A stretch of 64,000 nt of DNA from an uncultured Chloroflexia bacterium. GTDB lineage: Bacteria; Chloroflexota; Limnocylindria; Limnocylindrales; CSP1-4. Made by a program: the position numbers and the translations under genes. This document shows, in pieces, positions 63,237 to 64,000 of this stretch. Numbering within the stretch: the stretch's first letter is position 1; each line of letters starts with the position of its first letter. Below the pieces are notes generated by a model that ran no database searches, had not been told where the DNA came from, and was given only the letters and a program-made list of their open reading frames with translations. The stretch is taken from the NCBI GenBank assembly GCA_963763775.1, contig CAVXPZ010000004.1, forward strand, positions 1 through 64,000. Reading direction: 5' to 3'.

Positions 63237-63509
63237 GTGACCTCGAACGTCAGCCAGAGCTACCCGTACACCAGTGAGTCCGAGCCGGATCGCGCGGCCG
63301 GCCTCGCCGCACTCCTGGCCGAGCGTGCCGGCCTCGCCGACACGCTGGCGGCCGAGACGACGCCGCTCGGTGACGGCGACCGGTGGTGGGTCTGGAAGTG
63401 CCCGACCAAGGGCTGTCCCGGGTTGCTGCACGCGGCCGGGTACGCGCTCGAGAAGCATGCCGTCTTCGTGGTCTGCGACGGGACCTGCGCGAAGACCTTC
63501 CTGCGCTGA
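63237..63509 (+). CDS. small Cys-rich putative zinc-binding protein
   Basis: GGAGG RBS with GTG start; WKCPTKGC ... VCDGTC at the C-terminus; TATACT -10 at ~63152. Confidence 0.7.
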   Translation: MTSNVSQSYPYTSESEPDRAAGLAALLAERAGLADTLAAETTPLGDGDRWWVWKCPTKGCPGLLHAAGYALEKHAVFVVCDGTCAKTFLR

Positions 63510-63511
63510 GC

Positions 63512-64000
63512 ATGGCCGCCTCGGCGGGCACATCCGGCCCCGCCGGCCTCGACCCGATCGACCCCGCGGCGCTCGCCGCCAGCCGTCGGCGGCTGCTTGT
63601 CGAGTCGCTCGGGATCGCGGTCTCGGCGATCGGGTTCGGGTTCGTCTACGGCCTGTCAGCCCACGATGCCGGCTTCTCGCCGATCGACGCGATGGCGATG
63701 AGCGTGATCGTGTTCGCCGGTGCGGCGCAGTTCGCGGCCGTGGGCTACGTGGCCGGCGGCCTGCCGTGGATCGGCGTGGTGCTCCTCACGGGGCTGCTCA
63801 ACGCGCGGCATCTCCTGTACTCCGCGTCCCTCGCCCCGTGGCTCCAGGACGTCCCGCGCCCGCGCCGCGCCGTGATGGCCCACGTCCTGACCGATGAGGC
63901 GTTCGCGCTCTCGATGGCCCACTTCCGGCGTCTCGGTCGGACCGATGAGCGCGGGTACTGGATCGGGGCCATCCTGGCGACGTTCATCCCGTGGAACCTC
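63512..64000 (+). CDS. azlC: AzlC family branched-chain amino acid exporter (partial; 5' frame uncertain)
   Basis: GFGFVYG, MSVIVFAGAAQF, LNARHLLYS, LTDEAFA. Confidence 0.88.
   Translation, partial: MAASAGTSGPAGLDPIDPAALAASRRRLLVESLGIAVSAIGFGFVYGLSAHDAGFSPIDAMAMSVIVFAGAAQFAAVGYVAGGLPWIGVVLLTGLLNARHLLYSASLAPWLQDVPRPRRAVMAHVLTDEAFALSMAHFRRLGRTDERGYWIGAILATFIPWNL

Overview
Very GC-rich (~70%+) bacterial core-genome window. It is most plausibly from a Chloroflexota lineage; this is inferred from gene content (large Alu-type SRP RNA, Trp T-box, class I LysRS, K+-independent H+-PPase) and is not proven. From left to right it holds: recR-ybaB-dnaX-ffs, two tRNA-Ser and a tadA-like gene; pfk; tRNA-Arg and tRNA-Ser; a complete shikimate operon (aroF-A-E-C-KB-Q-CM); a convergent trp operon (trpE-G-D-[C-F-B]-A); an indel-rich GGDEF/HD-GYP segment at tRNA-Ser(TGA); greA-lysS-serS-RDD-RDD; argR, uppP and hppA; lepB with two antiporter-like membrane genes; ndk; an M16 peptidase; a BMP-type ABC transporter; coaX-coaBC-panB-panC; gdh, degV, MFS, ggt and azlC. 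Many essential genes carry 1-nt frameshifts, most likely long-read consensus errors. No CRISPR array, transposase, integrase or rRNA was seen. The top finding is that the syntenic TadA has lost its catalytic Glu (HAE->HAV, as in eukaryotic Tad3/ADAT3) and its tRNA-contact residues. About 2.6 kb away lies a tRNA-Arg with a GCG anticodon instead of the usual ACG. Together these suggest an inosine-free Arg decoding system with a retained pseudo-deaminase. Other highlights are an apparent TrpC-TrpF-TrpB triple fusion, an unannotated Phe/Tyr leader-peptide attenuator (MSRFFYFQRPA), an 18-bp bidirectional leaderless promoter, and a stand-alone degenerate HyfE/NuoN-like pair.
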